A stretch of DNA of 64,000 nucleotides from an uncultured Gammaproteobacteria bacterium (GTDB taxonomy: Bacteria > Patescibacteriota > Microgenomatia > UBA10105 > UBA927). The notes below the pieces were generated by a model. It had not been told where the DNA came from. It saw only the letters and a list, made by a program, of their open reading frames with translations, and did not search any database. Made by a program: the position numbers and the translations under genes. The DNA is taken from NCBI GenBank assembly GCA_964609895.1, contig CAZSTG010000003.1, positions 7,574-71,573 of the forward strand. Direction: 5' to 3'. Positions 30,819 to 41,719 of this stretch are shown here, piece by piece. Within the stretch, counting starts at the first letter, position 1, and every line of letters begins with the position of its first letter.

Positions 30819-31559
30819 ATGGTACATAAGACCAATCAGGGACTGTATCAGTCCTCAATAGTGAAAAATATACCGGGAGTCATTCATGGATTCACGTCAA
30901 AAACACACGGCTCCATGTTGATTGCGGAAAATCAAAGAAAGCTGTTTCTTTCGCTCGGCATACCGCCCGAATCGGTGATTTCCGCACGTCAGGTTCACGG
31001 CAACGCCGTTCACGTTGTGCATCCACAGGATGCAGGTGGCAGATTGGAAGATGTTGACGGCATCGTGTATAAAAAAACGGACGTACGGCAACAGCACCCT
31101 TTGCTCACCGTTCATGTCGGTGACTGCGTACCGATGCTGTTTATTGATTCGGTTGCGGGTATCATCGGAGTTGCCCATGCGGGTTGGAGGGGAACAAAAG
31201 ACCATATTGCGCGCACTGTGCTTAGCGAATTCGTCAGGAACGGTTCGGATCCTTCGCATATTCAGGTGGTGTTCGGCCCGTTTATTCATGCATGCTGTTA
31301 CAAGGTTGATGAAGAGCGTGCACTGGTATTTGAACGGGAATTTCCCGGAAGCCGCGGTGTCGTAAACCGCTTGGGTGTATCATGGTTTATAGATCTAGGA
31401 ATTGCGAACATACTGGATTTGAAGCAGGGCGGCGTATTGGAAAAAAATATCGAAAATAATGAACAGTTGTGCACTTATAATAATCCGCTTGAATTTTTTT
31501 CGTTCAGAAGGACGACTGAACCGTTTGGCGAAATACTAGGGTTCATCGGATACATATAA
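30819..31559 (+). CDS. pgeF: Peptidoglycan editing factor PgeF/YfiH
   Basis: HGFT, QVHG, DCVP, AHAGWRG, GP.I..CCY.V, FFSFRR. Confidence 0.85.
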   Translation: MVHKTNQGLYQSSIVKNIPGVIHGFTSKTHGSMLIAENQRKLFLSLGIPPESVISARQVHGNAVHVVHPQDAGGRLEDVDGIVYKKTDVRQQHPLLTVHVGDCVPMLFIDSVAGIIGVAHAGWRGTKDHIARTVLSEFVRNGSDPSHIQVVFGPFIHACCYKVDEERALVFEREFPGSRGVVNRLGVSWFIDLGIANILDLKQGGVLEKNIENNEQLCTYNNPLEFFSFRRTTEPFGEILGFIGYI

Positions 31560-31560
31560 T

Positions 31561-32970
31561 ATGGAAGCAAAGGATATACAGAGAATTCACTTTGTCGGTA
31601 TTGCCGGTGTGGCGATGACAGCACTTGCCGTGTATGCAAAAGAGCGCGGTATTGCGGTGACAGGATCTGATGTGAACGGCATATTTCCGACACATGCGAT
31701 GCTTAAAAATGCGGGTATTACCGTACAGGAAGGATTTTCGTCCGGACACATTTCCAAAACAGCCAATCTGGTTGTGTTTACAGGGGCACACCAAGGGAAA
31801 GACAATGTGGAGGTACAAACCGCATGCAAACTGCAGATTCCGGTGATGTCCCATGGTGAGGCGCTTGGATTTTTTATGAAGGGGGCTGAGCAGATTTCTG
31901 TTGCAGGAAGTCACGGAAAAACGACAACAAGCGCAATGATTGCAACAATTCTTCATGTTGCAGGACGGGACCCCTCCTATGCAATCGGCTGTGGTGACAT
32001 ACGGGGCATCGGCGCATCCGGTCATTACGGAACAGGTAATATGTTTGTAGCGGAGGCGGACGAATACAGTACCGATCCGCATCATGATCCAAAACCGCGT
32101 TTTCTTTGGCAGCATCCGGATATTTTGGTTGTGACGAATATCGACTTTGATCATCCAGACGCATATGCATCACTTGCCGATGTGAAAGCGGCCTTCGTGT
32201 CGCTTGTTGCCCAACAACAGGGAAAACAAATAACGATTCTAAATGCGGATGATCCGGAGAGTGCCGCAATCACAAACGCCAAACATACGCTCCTGTACGG
32301 TTTTTCTCCCCGCGCGAACGCCCGCATTACGCATGTGGGATACGGAGAAGAACAAACATTTTTTACTCTTTCCATGGATGGAACAGATGTCGGTGAATTT
32401 GTACTGCATGTTCCGGGACGGCACAATGTGCTCAATGCTGTTGCAGCGGCAGTTGGCGCACTTTCTGCGGGCGTGTCTTGGGAGGAAATAAAAAAAGGAC
32501 TTGCGGCATTTCAGGGTACAAAGAGAAGATTTGAAAAAATTGGCGAAGCAAACGGCATGGTGGTATATGACGACTACGCACATCATCCAAAGGAAATTCA
32601 AGCATCTCTGGAGGCGGCGCGCGATTGGTTTCCTGAAAGAAAAATTATCACTGTGTTTCAGCCACATACCTATTCAAGAACCAAGGCATTGCTTGAGGAT
32701 TTTGCCAAGAGTTTTCAAAATAGCGATGTCGTGTTGTTGACAGATATTTTTGCATCAGCGAGAGAGCAGGATACGTTAGGGATAACAACGGCAACACTGG
32801 TTGAGAAGGCCGCTCAGTACCACAGGAATATCCAGTATACAAAGGGTAAGAAAGAGACGCTGACTTATTTGCAGAACATTGCGAGTTCAGGTGATGTAAT
32901 CATCATTATGGGTGCGGGAGATATTTATGAATGGGGCCCAGATATTGTACGGGCAATCAAAACAATATAA
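31561..32970 (+). CDS. murC: UDP-MurNAc--L-alanine ligase
   Basis: IHFVGIAG..M, AGSHGKTTTS, EADE, DFDH.D, G..RRF, DDYAHHP.E, FQPHTYSRT. Confidence 0.95.
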   Translation: MEAKDIQRIHFVGIAGVAMTALAVYAKERGIAVTGSDVNGIFPTHAMLKNAGITVQEGFSSGHISKTANLVVFTGAHQGKDNVEVQTACKLQIPVMSHGEALGFFMKGAEQISVAGSHGKTTTSAMIATILHVAGRDPSYAIGCGDIRGIGASGHYGTGNMFVAEADEYSTDPHHDPKPRFLWQHPDILVVTNIDFDHPDAYASLADVKAAFVSLVAQQQGKQITILNADDPESAAITNAKHTLLYGFSPRANARITHVGYGEEQTFFTLSMDGTDVGEFVLHVPGRHNVLNAVAAAVGALSAGVSWEEIKKGLAAFQGTKRRFEKIGEANGMVVYDDYAHHPKEIQASLEAARDWFPERKIITVFQPHTYSRTKALLEDFAKSFQNSDVVLLTDIFASAREQDTLGITTATLVEKAAQYHRNIQYTKGKKETLTYLQNIASSGDVIIIMGAGDIYEWGPDIVRAIKTI

Positions 32971-32973
32971 TTT

Positions 32974-33954
32974 ATGACGGACGCCTATAGACAATTCATC
33001 GAAACAATACATATGCCGGTCAAAGAACGGGAACCGCTTGCGCCGTACAGCACGTATAAAGTGGGAGGTCCTGCAGACCTGTTTGTGGAAGCCCGCGTGA
33101 AAGAAGACATCGTGCAGGCGGTAGAAACGGCAAGAAAATGCGGTGTAGCGTTTTTTATTTTAGGTGGCGGTTCAAATATTTTAATCGGTGATAAGGGATT
33201 TCGGGGAATTGTCATCAGAAATTTGACGAAGAACATAACAGTGCGCGGCATGAAGGGCGCAATAACCAAAGGTGTTGCTGACGGAAGTGTATACGTGGAA
33301 GCGGAATCAGGTGTCGCCCTGAACGCGCTTGTCAGATATACCATTGAAGAAGGGCTCGCGGGTCTCGAAATGCATCTCGGGCTCCCGGGTTCCGTGGGAG
33401 GAGCGGTGTTCATGAATTCCAAATGGATGAAACCCCCGTCGTTTATCGGTGACGCGGTATATCAGGCAACCATTCTGACGCCAGAAGGAGAAATCAAAAG
33501 CGTAACCAAAGAGTATTTCCGTTTTTCTTACGGATCTTCCGTCATCCAAAAAACAGGCGACATCGTGTTATCCGTCCTGTTTGCCCTCAAACGGGCGGAG
33601 AAAGAAGCGCTGTGGAAAACGGCAAACGAAAGCATGGAATACCGGAGAGCGTCGCAACCGCAGGGAGTAAAAACAGCAGGATGCGTGTTCAAAAACATAT
33701 CCTTGATGGAAGCGGTTACCGCAGGTACGCCGAATCATACGACTTCAACGGGTTATCTGATTGACAAATCAGGATGCAAAAACCTGACGATCGGGGGCTC
33801 AGCCGTATCGCAGGTTCATGCAAATTTTATCGTCAACACGGGCTCGGCGACTGCGAGTGATATGGTACAATTAATTGAAACAATAAAAGAAAAAGTGCAA
33901 GAGAAATTCGGTATAACACTTGTTGAAGAAATTCAGCGGATAGGAGAATTTTAA
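32974..33954 (+). CDS. murB: UDP-N-acetylenolpyruvoylglucosamine reductase
   Basis: T..VGGPA, GGGSN, GLE...GLPG.VGGA, QP....AG.VFKN, HANFIVN. Confidence 0.95.
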   Translation: MTDAYRQFIETIHMPVKEREPLAPYSTYKVGGPADLFVEARVKEDIVQAVETARKCGVAFFILGGGSNILIGDKGFRGIVIRNLTKNITVRGMKGAITKGVADGSVYVEAESGVALNALVRYTIEEGLAGLEMHLGLPGSVGGAVFMNSKWMKPPSFIGDAVYQATILTPEGEIKSVTKEYFRFSYGSSVIQKTGDIVLSVLFALKRAEKEALWKTANESMEYRRASQPQGVKTAGCVFKNISLMEAVTAGTPNHTTSTGYLIDKSGCKNLTIGGSAVSQVHANFIVNTGSATASDMVQLIETIKEKVQEKFGITLVEEIQRIGEF

Positions 33955-33955
33955 T

Positions 33956-35293
33956 ATGGATAAATTTGTCGTTACGGGGCCAACTAGACTTCACGGCGAG
34001 GTGACGAGCGCGGGAGCAAAAAATGTCGCGCTGAAGGCAATTGTTGTATCGCTTCTTACCGAAGAAACGGTGATTCTCCACAATATGCCGCATATCAGGG
34101 ATGTGATGCTAATGCTCGATGTGGTCAGAAGCCTCGGTGCGGTTGCGACATTTGAAGGAAATACGGTGACCATTGAAGATGGAAAATCGCGAAGCACAAC
34201 CGTTCCTTTGGAAATTGGGGCTCGGCTTCGTACGTCATCCATGGTTTTAGGACCAATGCTTTCCCGCTATGGAAAAGCCATGATTCCAAACCCAGGGGGC
34301 TGCAGAATCGGCGCGCGGCCGATAGACCGCCATGTTGAAGGATTAAAAAACATGGGTGCAACAATTGACTATAACTCGACGGACGGATTTTTTCATGCGG
34401 AAGCTGAACACCTCCACGGTGCCGACATCACGTTTGAAAAAAACACGCATACGGGAACAGAAACACTGATTCTTGCCGCAGTACTGGCGGACGGAAAAAC
34501 AGTGCTTCATAATGCTGCGGAAGAAGTGGAGATTGATGATCTGATCGCTCTTTTAAATTCGATGGGGGCAGACATCAAGAGAACAGGACATAGGGAAATT
34601 ACCATTAACGGCGTTAAAACACTGCATGGTACCGAATACACAATCATGTCGGATCGTAATGAAGAAGTGACGTTTGCGATAGCGGCAGTTGTTTCCAAAG
34701 GGAATATTGTTGTGCATCATTCAGAACGGAAACATCTCAAAGAATTTTTAGATGTATTTGTAAAAGCCGGTGGAAAATATAAAACAGTTGACGATACAAC
34801 GACTGAATATTATTATGACGGCCCACTGAATGCAGTTGATGTGACGACTGCGCAGCACCCCGGTTTTATGACTGACTGGCAGGCGCCGTGGGCGATACTG
34901 ATGACGCAGGCAGAGGGAACATCGATGATCCATGAAACAGTATTTGAAAATAGGTTTAGTTATGTGGAGGAACTCAAAAAAATGGGTGCGAATATCGAAT
35001 ACTTTGATCCGGTGGTTAGTAATCCACAAGAATTTTATAACTTTAACTGGACGGATAAAAAAGCAGATACGCATCAGGCAATAAAAATTACAGGTCCGAC
35101 GACACTTCATAATGCGATTACTTCTATGAGTGACCTTCGTGCAGGCGCAACCGTCGTCTTGGCTGCAATCATTGCCAACGGAAAAAGTTATATCCATGGG
35201 GTTGAACAGATTGATCGTGGCTATGAACATATTGATACCAGACTGCAATCCCTTGGTGCTTCCATAGAACGCATCGGGGAAGATACAGTTTGA
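33956..35293 (+). CDS. murA: UDP-GlcNAc 1-carboxyvinyltransferase
   Basis: GAKN, PGGCRIGARP.D.H (catalytic Cys), PGF.TD.Q, ENRF, DLRAGA, DRGYE. Confidence 0.95.
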   Translation: MDKFVVTGPTRLHGEVTSAGAKNVALKAIVVSLLTEETVILHNMPHIRDVMLMLDVVRSLGAVATFEGNTVTIEDGKSRSTTVPLEIGARLRTSSMVLGPMLSRYGKAMIPNPGGCRIGARPIDRHVEGLKNMGATIDYNSTDGFFHAEAEHLHGADITFEKNTHTGTETLILAAVLADGKTVLHNAAEEVEIDDLIALLNSMGADIKRTGHREITINGVKTLHGTEYTIMSDRNEEVTFAIAAVVSKGNIVVHHSERKHLKEFLDVFVKAGGKYKTVDDTTTEYYYDGPLNAVDVTTAQHPGFMTDWQAPWAILMTQAEGTSMIHETVFENRFSYVEELKKMGANIEYFDPVVSNPQEFYNFNWTDKKADTHQAIKITGPTTLHNAITSMSDLRAGATVVLAAIIANGKSYIHGVEQIDRGYEHIDTRLQSLGASIERIGEDTV

Positions 35294-35307
35294 TGAAGGA
35301 GGATTGT

Positions 35308-36615
35308 ATGGCAGATGTAACCGCAGTGCTTTTGGCAGGAGGAGAATCTACACGTTTTTTCCCATATGAGGAAAAAAGCGTCTGTTCTTTTTTGGGAACA
35401 TCCTTTTTAACACGGCATTATGAACAACTGTCCCGACTTGGCATGAGGCATGTTGTTGTGGTGACCAACAGGTCAAATACCGCACTCATCAAATCCGTTG
35501 CAGTCCCAAAAACGATGCAGGTTGTGTATGTAGAACAACAGGAAAAAGGTCAGGTACAAGCAGTCATCGCATTGGAACACGTGTGTAAGGGGCCTGTGCT
35601 TCTTCTGAATGCTTCAGATTATTATGCTGATGCATGTATTCAGCCGTTTTTGAAATCGGCAACCAAAGATATTCTGCTTGGTGCGGTCAGAACGTCTGCG
35701 TATTTTCCCGGCGGGTATCTGAAGATGGACGGAAAAGGATCGGTACAGGCCATTATCGAAAAACCGAAACAGGGTACTGAACCGAGTGATGTTGTCAGAA
35801 TCCTTGTTGATTATATTCCCGATATTTCGCTTTTAGTCGCTGCAGCAAAAGAACATGGAGGTAATCCGTCAAGCGGTTATGAAGAAGCACTCACAACGCT
35901 TATTGCACACGGCAGCACCGCAACGCCGATGATTACGGACAAAGATAATTGGAAGGCGATAAAATATCCATGGCATATATTGGATCTGACGGATCAATAT
36001 TTGTCGGAACTGAAAGGTCAGCAGATAGACCCCAGTGTCGTCATAAAACCACACGTTATTATAGAAGGGAATGTTGTGATTGAATCAGGCGTCAAAATTT
36101 TTGAAGGAACGAAAATTGTAGGGCCTGCGTTTATCGGAAAAAATACGATTATCGGAAACAATAATATTATCAGATCATCCGTGATCGGCCGTGATTGCGT
36201 GACAGGATTTAATACAGACATTACCAGAAGTGCCATAGGCAACAACTGCTGGTTTCATACCAATTATGTCGGAGACAGCGTTATCGGCAATAATGTCAGT
36301 ATGGGTTCAGGAACTGTGCTTGCGAATTTGCGTCTGGATGACGGAATTATCCCAAGCACGGTCAAAGAAGAAAAAATTGATACAGGACGGAATAAACTTG
36401 GTGCAATGATCGGGGACAATGTCCGGATCGGTGTCAATGTAAGTACCATGCCGGGAATCAAAATCGGACGTGATTCTTTTATCGCCGCAGGGATTGTGGT
36501 GACACAAGACATTCCGCAAGGATCATTTGTACGGCCACTCAGTGTCGGATTTGTGATTAAACCAAATACAAAAACCGCGTCAACTTCCAGAGAAGGATTT
36601 CGGAAAGGCTTATGA
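35308..36615 (+). CDS. Bifunctional sugar-1-phosphate nucleotidyltransferase/acetyltransferase (archaeal GlmU-like)
   Basis: LLAGG.STRF.P, IIEKP, YPW..L, hexapeptide repeats, YVGDSVIG, ANLR.D, GRNKLGA.IGD. Confidence 0.8.
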   Translation: MADVTAVLLAGGESTRFFPYEEKSVCSFLGTSFLTRHYEQLSRLGMRHVVVVTNRSNTALIKSVAVPKTMQVVYVEQQEKGQVQAVIALEHVCKGPVLLLNASDYYADACIQPFLKSATKDILLGAVRTSAYFPGGYLKMDGKGSVQAIIEKPKQGTEPSDVVRILVDYIPDISLLVAAAKEHGGNPSSGYEEALTTLIAHGSTATPMITDKDNWKAIKYPWHILDLTDQYLSELKGQQIDPSVVIKPHVIIEGNVVIESGVKIFEGTKIVGPAFIGKNTIIGNNNIIRSSVIGRDCVTGFNTDITRSAIGNNCWFHTNYVGDSVIGNNVSMGSGTVLANLRLDDGIIPSTVKEEKIDTGRNKLGAMIGDNVRIGVNVSTMPGIKIGRDSFIAAGIVVTQDIPQGSFVRPLSVGFVIKPNTKTASTSREGFRKGL

Positions 36616-37343
36616 AACGCCCCACAATTTTATTGCTTTCCGGATGGGTGCGAACAAATGTAATAAAAGAGTATTACAAAAAAACTATTCAGGAATTTGA
36701 AAAAAAGGGGTACACAGTATATGCCCCTGATATGCCCGGATTCGGAGCCGCGAAAAATCCTGACCACCCCCTGACACTGCATGATTATGCCGTATTTGTT
36801 TCTGCATATATAAAAAAACAAGCGATACAGCCAGATATACTGCTCGGTCATTCCTTTGGTGGCCGTGTGATCATCGAGTATCTTTCATTATTTCCTTTTA
36901 ACGGTAAGGCAGTGGTGCTTTCGGGAACACCGGGGTATCCATCGATTAAAAAAAGCAAAATGTTACTGTCACTTCTTATTGCCAAAATTGGCGGAACGAT
37001 TGTCTCCTTGCCACTTATTTCGAAACTGAAAGAAAGAATCCGCGGATGGTATTACTATATTGTAGGCGCACGCGATTTTTATAGGGCAGAAGGAGTTATG
37101 CGTCAAACATTTAAAAATATAGTGCAGACACCGCTAGAACAACAGATGAAAACAATACGTATCCCGACGTTACTCGTGTGGGGAGCGGACGATGTGATCG
37201 TTCCGCTCAGCGTCGCCAAGAAGATGAAGCAGACAATCTCAACCGCGACGCTTATTTCCATACCCGCATGCGGACACGGATGCATTGTTGAGACACCGGA
37301 GCATTTTGTGAAAGAAACAATGCGTTTTATACAACATCTATGA
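36612..37343 (+). CDS. Alpha/beta hydrolase
   Basis: DMPGFG, GHSFGG nucleophile elbow, WG.DD..VP, GH; ATGA-coupled to murF. Confidence 0.88.
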   Translation: MKRPTILLLSGWVRTNVIKEYYKKTIQEFEKKGYTVYAPDMPGFGAAKNPDHPLTLHDYAVFVSAYIKKQAIQPDILLGHSFGGRVIIEYLSLFPFNGKAVVLSGTPGYPSIKKSKMLLSLLIAKIGGTIVSLPLISKLKERIRGWYYYIVGARDFYRAEGVMRQTFKNIVQTPLEQQMKTIRIPTLLVWGADDVIVPLSVAKKMKQTISTATLISIPACGHGCIVETPEHFVKETMRFIQHL

Positions 37344-38812
37344 CCGAAATGTTCAGTATCATCATAGCCCTGATTTGGCTGATTCGCATCGGTATAAACA
37401 TTGTCTCATATATCGCCCTGTGGTATGTCAAAGAATACAGACCAGACAGGATGATCATTCATCTAAAAAAAACAAGACAGGGGAAATGGATACTTTTTCC
37501 CAAATGGAAACTTCCGCCATTTTCAACGAAAACTTTCACATTGACGGGTGTACTTTTTCTGACTGAGCTTGCGTTATTTATTTTTCTTCCGTATCAGCTA
37601 TTTATAAAACTGCTTATCATGGATTTTGCGCTTTTTCCATTGTCGTTTCTGTTTGCCATGCTTGTCCGCATTCCCACCAAGTTGTTTCACATATATACCA
37701 TCGCAAAGGCACGCAAAGTATTAGCTGCACACACATGGAAATCAGTTATAGGCATTACCGGCAGCTATGGAAAAACTTCAACAAAAGATTTTGTGACAAC
37801 TATTTTAAGCGGCGCGTATAGCGTATTGAAAACAGAAGCAAGTAAAAATTCCAGTATCGGAATTTCTGAAACGGTGCTGTCAACATTAGTTGACACACAT
37901 CAGATGTTTGTTGTTGAAATGGGAGCGTATAACGTAGGCGAAATAAAAGAAATGACAGAGCTTGTGCGGCCGAATATCGGCATTATTACGGCAATTAATG
38001 CACAGCATCAGGATTTATTTGGTTCGATGGAAACGACGATGAAAGCAAAATATGAATTATTGCAGGGGCTTACCCGTAACAAAATTGCAATTGTGAATGA
38101 AGATATTGAAGAAACACACGCCATGGGACTATGGGCAAAACAGGAAGGAGTGCATGTTTGGTTTGTAACCAGAGACAAAAAATTGTATACAGACGCCACG
38201 TTTTGGATCGACGCCGTGGCCTCAGATACAAGTTCCGTGACGTTCATGCTGCATTATAAAAAAGAGAAGGAAAAAATTACGGTTTCAATTAGCGGAGAGC
38301 ACTTTGTCATGAATATTGCTCTTGCCGTGGCGGCAGCTGTTGCAAGCGGACTTTCCTTCCGCGAAGCATGCACCTATGCGCATCGTATTCAAAGATCAGG
38401 TAATGTGATGCGCCTGCATATTGGAATAAAAGGGGAAACACTGATTAATGACACATTCAACAACAACCCGGAAGCAGCGATTGCCGGTCTTGAGTATCTT
38501 GCAAAATTTTCCAAGAAAAAGATTCTTGTTTTTCAACCGATGATAGAGCTCGGAACATTTACTGACTCATCACATGAGCGCGTGGGTAAAGTTGCAGGAA
38601 GCGTATGTGATGAAATTATTCTTACAAACGATAATTTTTCAAAGCCTTTTATACAGGGCGTACATGAAACGAATCCGAATATCAGTGTGCATATTTTACC
38701 GGCCGAAAAAGCTGCGCAACATATCAAACAATCAATTTCAGCAGGTGACGCGGTGCTGTTTAAAGGAAAAGAAGCTGAATTTGTATGGAAACACATGGTT
38801 GGAAAGAAGTAA
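37340..38812 (+). CDS. murF: UDP-MurNAc-tripeptide--D-Ala-D-Ala ligase MurF with N-terminal TM segments
   Basis: GITGSYGKTSTK, VEMGA...GEI, INDTFNNNP, MIELG, LFKG. Confidence 0.88.
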   Translation: MTEMFSIIIALIWLIRIGINIVSYIALWYVKEYRPDRMIIHLKKTRQGKWILFPKWKLPPFSTKTFTLTGVLFLTELALFIFLPYQLFIKLLIMDFALFPLSFLFAMLVRIPTKLFHIYTIAKARKVLAAHTWKSVIGITGSYGKTSTKDFVTTILSGAYSVLKTEASKNSSIGISETVLSTLVDTHQMFVVEMGAYNVGEIKEMTELVRPNIGIITAINAQHQDLFGSMETTMKAKYELLQGLTRNKIAIVNEDIEETHAMGLWAKQEGVHVWFVTRDKKLYTDATFWIDAVASDTSSVTFMLHYKKEKEKITVSISGEHFVMNIALAVAAAVASGLSFREACTYAHRIQRSGNVMRLHIGIKGETLINDTFNNNPEAAIAGLEYLAKFSKKKILVFQPMIELGTFTDSSHERVGKVAGSVCDEIILTNDNFSKPFIQGVHETNPNISVHILPAEKAAQHIKQSISAGDAVLFKGKEAEFVWKHMVGKK

Positions 38813-38819
38813 ACGCTGT

Positions 38820-40049
38820 ATGGTATATCCAATTGGACTATCGCCAAATATTGAACGTGATGATGTTACAAGAGCATGGACAGTGTTAGTTTCTCCGTGG
38901 CGATGGTATCAGAATGACGGTTTGAAGAGTGTGTCACTTTGGTTTTCACAAAAATTCGGCACTCCGTATGTTTATTTTTTTTGTACGGGAAGAAGCGCAT
39001 TAACGACGCTTTTGCGTGCACTGCACATCGGTACAGGTGATGAAGTGCTGTTACAGGCTTTTACTTGCATGGTTGTGCCGAACGCCATCCGTTTCGTAGG
39101 TGGAGTGCCAGTGTATGTTGACGTTGACAGCTCGGGAAATTGTGACGTGAAGGATATTGAACGAAAACTTTCGCCGCGGACAAAGGCACTGATTGTCCAA
39201 CATACGTTCGGGACACCGGCAGACATGGATGCGATTCTTCGATTCGCAAAGAAAAAGAACATTACTGTTATTGAGGACTGCGCGCACGCACTCGGCGCGA
39301 CATACAAAGGGGTGCAACTCGGGTCGCTGGGTGATGCGGCGATCTTTAGTTTCGGCAGAGACAAGTGTATTTCCAGTGTATTTGGCGGTGCCGTTGTGGT
39401 GAAGGATGCGTCCGTTGCCGCGGAAATTTCCAGACTGGAAAAAAAATATGCATATCCGTCACGACGTTGGATAAGCCAGCAATTGTTGCATCCGATACTG
39501 ACATGGCTCGCACTGCCGCTGTATGCATCCGGCATCGGCAAAGGTTTGCTAGTGCTGTTTCAGAAACTGCATCTGCTTTCGTTTCCTGTGGAAGCGTGTG
39601 AGAAAAAGGGAGAGCAGCCAAAAAATTATCTCATGCGGTATCCGAACGCGCTGGCGGTATTGTTGATACATCAGCTTACAAAACTTGATCGGTACAGTGC
39701 TATGCGCAGACAAGCAGCCCATTTGTACAGACAGGCATTTGGTGGGAACAGGGACATCACTATGCTTTCAGAAAGAGATGGAAGCGGGTATCTCCGTTTT
39801 GGCATTCTGGTCAACAATCCGTCTGCAGTGCTCGGATATGCGAAACGTCACCATGTCATTCTCGGAAACTGGTACCATGCAGTCGTTGATCCAGAGGGTA
39901 GCGACATGTCGCAAGCGATGTACCATACAGGTTCATGTGGTCACGCGGAAGTGATGGCAAAACACATTGTCAATCTTCCGACACGAAAAACGCAGGCGGA
40001 AGTGCAGGAAATATCCAAACTTGTCCTTGACTCGCTTCAAAACACATGA
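38820..40049 (+). CDS. DegT/DnrJ/EryC1/StrS-family PLP enzyme
   Basis: GRSAL, GDEVLLQAFTC, QHTFG, IEDCAHALG, FSFGRDK. Start moved to 38820. Confidence 0.85.
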   Translation: MVYPIGLSPNIERDDVTRAWTVLVSPWRWYQNDGLKSVSLWFSQKFGTPYVYFFCTGRSALTTLLRALHIGTGDEVLLQAFTCMVVPNAIRFVGGVPVYVDVDSSGNCDVKDIERKLSPRTKALIVQHTFGTPADMDAILRFAKKKNITVIEDCAHALGATYKGVQLGSLGDAAIFSFGRDKCISSVFGGAVVVKDASVAAEISRLEKKYAYPSRRWISQQLLHPILTWLALPLYASGIGKGLLVLFQKLHLLSFPVEACEKKGEQPKNYLMRYPNALAVLLIHQLTKLDRYSAMRRQAAHLYRQAFGGNRDITMLSERDGSGYLRFGILVNNPSAVLGYAKRHHVILGNWYHAVVDPEGSDMSQAMYHTGSCGHAEVMAKHIVNLPTRKTQAEVQEISKLVLDSLQNT

Positions 40050-40696
40050 CGACACAGACAGACATCATCGTTGACAGCTATATACTCGGGCAGCTACAGG
40101 CAAACTGTTATGTGGTGTCCGACAGGAAAACGGATGACATGCTTATCATCGATCCGGCGGATATGGGTACATTTGTCGCTGAAGAGATTGAGCGGAAAAA
40201 AGGAAAACCCGTCGCCATTTTGCTGACGCATGGCCATTTTGACCACGCCATGGGGGCTGCGGAATTGCAGGCGATATACGGCATTCCCTGTTTTATGGAT
40301 ATGCGTGATCAGGCGATTATCAGCCGTATGCAGAAAACCGCTGCGCATTATTTGGGAAGAAATATTTTGGAATTCCCGCCAACATGTACGCCGCTTGATT
40401 TTTCCCGCACCGTGTACGGTTCTTTGTATGTAGAAAGCATACATACGCCGGGTCATACTCCGGGCAGCGTTTCTTTTTATCTGAAGGAGAAAGGCGTATT
40501 GTTTACGGGCGACACGATGTTTGCGGGCGGGCTGGTCGGGAGTACCAATCATACATATAGTAGGCCGCTTGATCTGAAGGATTCACTCGCACGGCTCTCC
40601 ACATATCCTGATGCGACGATACTCTATCCGGGGCATGGGGAGATGACTATTTTGGATGATGAAAAAGCAATATACGCTGCTAAGAAATCAGTATGA
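40046..40696 (+). CDS. MBL-fold metallo-hydrolase (glyoxalase II-like)
   Basis: NCY, IIDP, THGHFDH, TPGHTPG, FTGD, YPGHG. Confidence 0.9.
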   Translation: MTTQTDIIVDSYILGQLQANCYVVSDRKTDDMLIIDPADMGTFVAEEIERKKGKPVAILLTHGHFDHAMGAAELQAIYGIPCFMDMRDQAIISRMQKTAAHYLGRNILEFPPTCTPLDFSRTVYGSLYVESIHTPGHTPGSVSFYLKEKGVLFTGDTMFAGGLVGSTNHTYSRPLDLKDSLARLSTYPDATILYPGHGEMTILDDEKAIYAAKKSV

Positions 40697-41703
40697 TACA
40701 GATACACACAGAAGCGGACAAAAAAAAGTGGGAGGTTTTTATAGACCGGTATGCGACGGATGCGCTGTTTCAACGGTGGGATTGGGGAGAGGTAAATAAA
40801 CGGCAACATATTGAGTGTCTTCGTTTTGTGTATGAAGAGCAGGGTAAGATAACGGCCATTGCGCAGGCGGTTGTTGTGCGTGCCCGACGCGGCAATTTTC
40901 TTCATGTCCGTCACGGGCCGATTCTTTCTGTGTGGAACAAAAAAACATTCCGCTTTGTGATCCGTCATCTGAAAACTGTTGCCAAGGAAAAACAGTGTGT
41001 CGCAGTCCGCATCAGTCCAAGGATCGCCAAGACGGATGCCACGCTTGCCATGTATACGGAAGAGCACGGTATTGCGTCCGCGATTCATGCAATGGACGCG
41101 GAACACGCGTGGGTGCTTGATATTACCCAAGACGAAGACGCGATACTTGCGGGTATGCGGAAGACAACCAGATATGAAATACGAAAAGGAGAAAAGTCGG
41201 GGGTAACAGTCATGAGTTCGACGGAAATGGAATCACTTGCATCGTTTATGGCGCTCTACCGTGAGACTGCGAAGCGTCAGCATTTCGTACCGCACACGGG
41301 TATCGAAGAGGAATTTGCGGTGTACGCAAAGATGGGCAATGCGGTATGTATTACGGGATATGTCGGGGACGTGCCGCATGCGAGTGCGGTCATCATTTTT
41401 GCGGGTTCCGAGGGGATTTATCATCACGGCGCGTCCGTCACTTCGACAGTGCCTGTATCCTATGTTGTACAGTGGCATGCGATTTTAGAGGCGAAAAAAC
41501 GGGGTATGAAGCAATACAATTTTTGGGGCGTGGCACCTGAAAACGAACCGAAACATCCTTGGTTTGGACTTTCTTCGTTCAAAAAAGGTTTCGGCGGGAG
41601 TGAAGTGCAGACGATACACGCATATGATTTCCCTGTATCATGGCGGTATATCGGCTTATACATTGTGGAATGGCTCAGAAAGCAGCAAAAAGGCTACTCG
41701 TGA
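40693..41703 (+). CDS. FemABX/MurM family lipid II peptidyltransferase
   Basis: FQ.WDWG, HGP, LDI...ED.IL..MRKTTRY.IRK, YHHGAS, QW.AI.EAK, YNFWG, GL..FKKGFGG. Confidence 0.88.
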   Translation: MIQIHTEADKKKWEVFIDRYATDALFQRWDWGEVNKRQHIECLRFVYEEQGKITAIAQAVVVRARRGNFLHVRHGPILSVWNKKTFRFVIRHLKTVAKEKQCVAVRISPRIAKTDATLAMYTEEHGIASAIHAMDAEHAWVLDITQDEDAILAGMRKTTRYEIRKGEKSGVTVMSSTEMESLASFMALYRETAKRQHFVPHTGIEEEFAVYAKMGNAVCITGYVGDVPHASAVIIFAGSEGIYHHGASVTSTVPVSYVVQWHAILEAKKRGMKQYNFWGVAPENEPKHPWFGLSSFKKGFGGSEVQTIHAYDFPVSWRYIGLYIVEWLRKQQKGYS

Positions 41704-41719
41704 TATACTATATAAAACT

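Noticed and set aside
38574-38819. Long N-terminal extension of the DegT ORF (similar cases at galE, WxcM-like, GT2, dgkA, ftsW and the NMP kinase)
   Set aside because: The extensions overlap upstream genes or promoters; downstream ATGs match the family starts.
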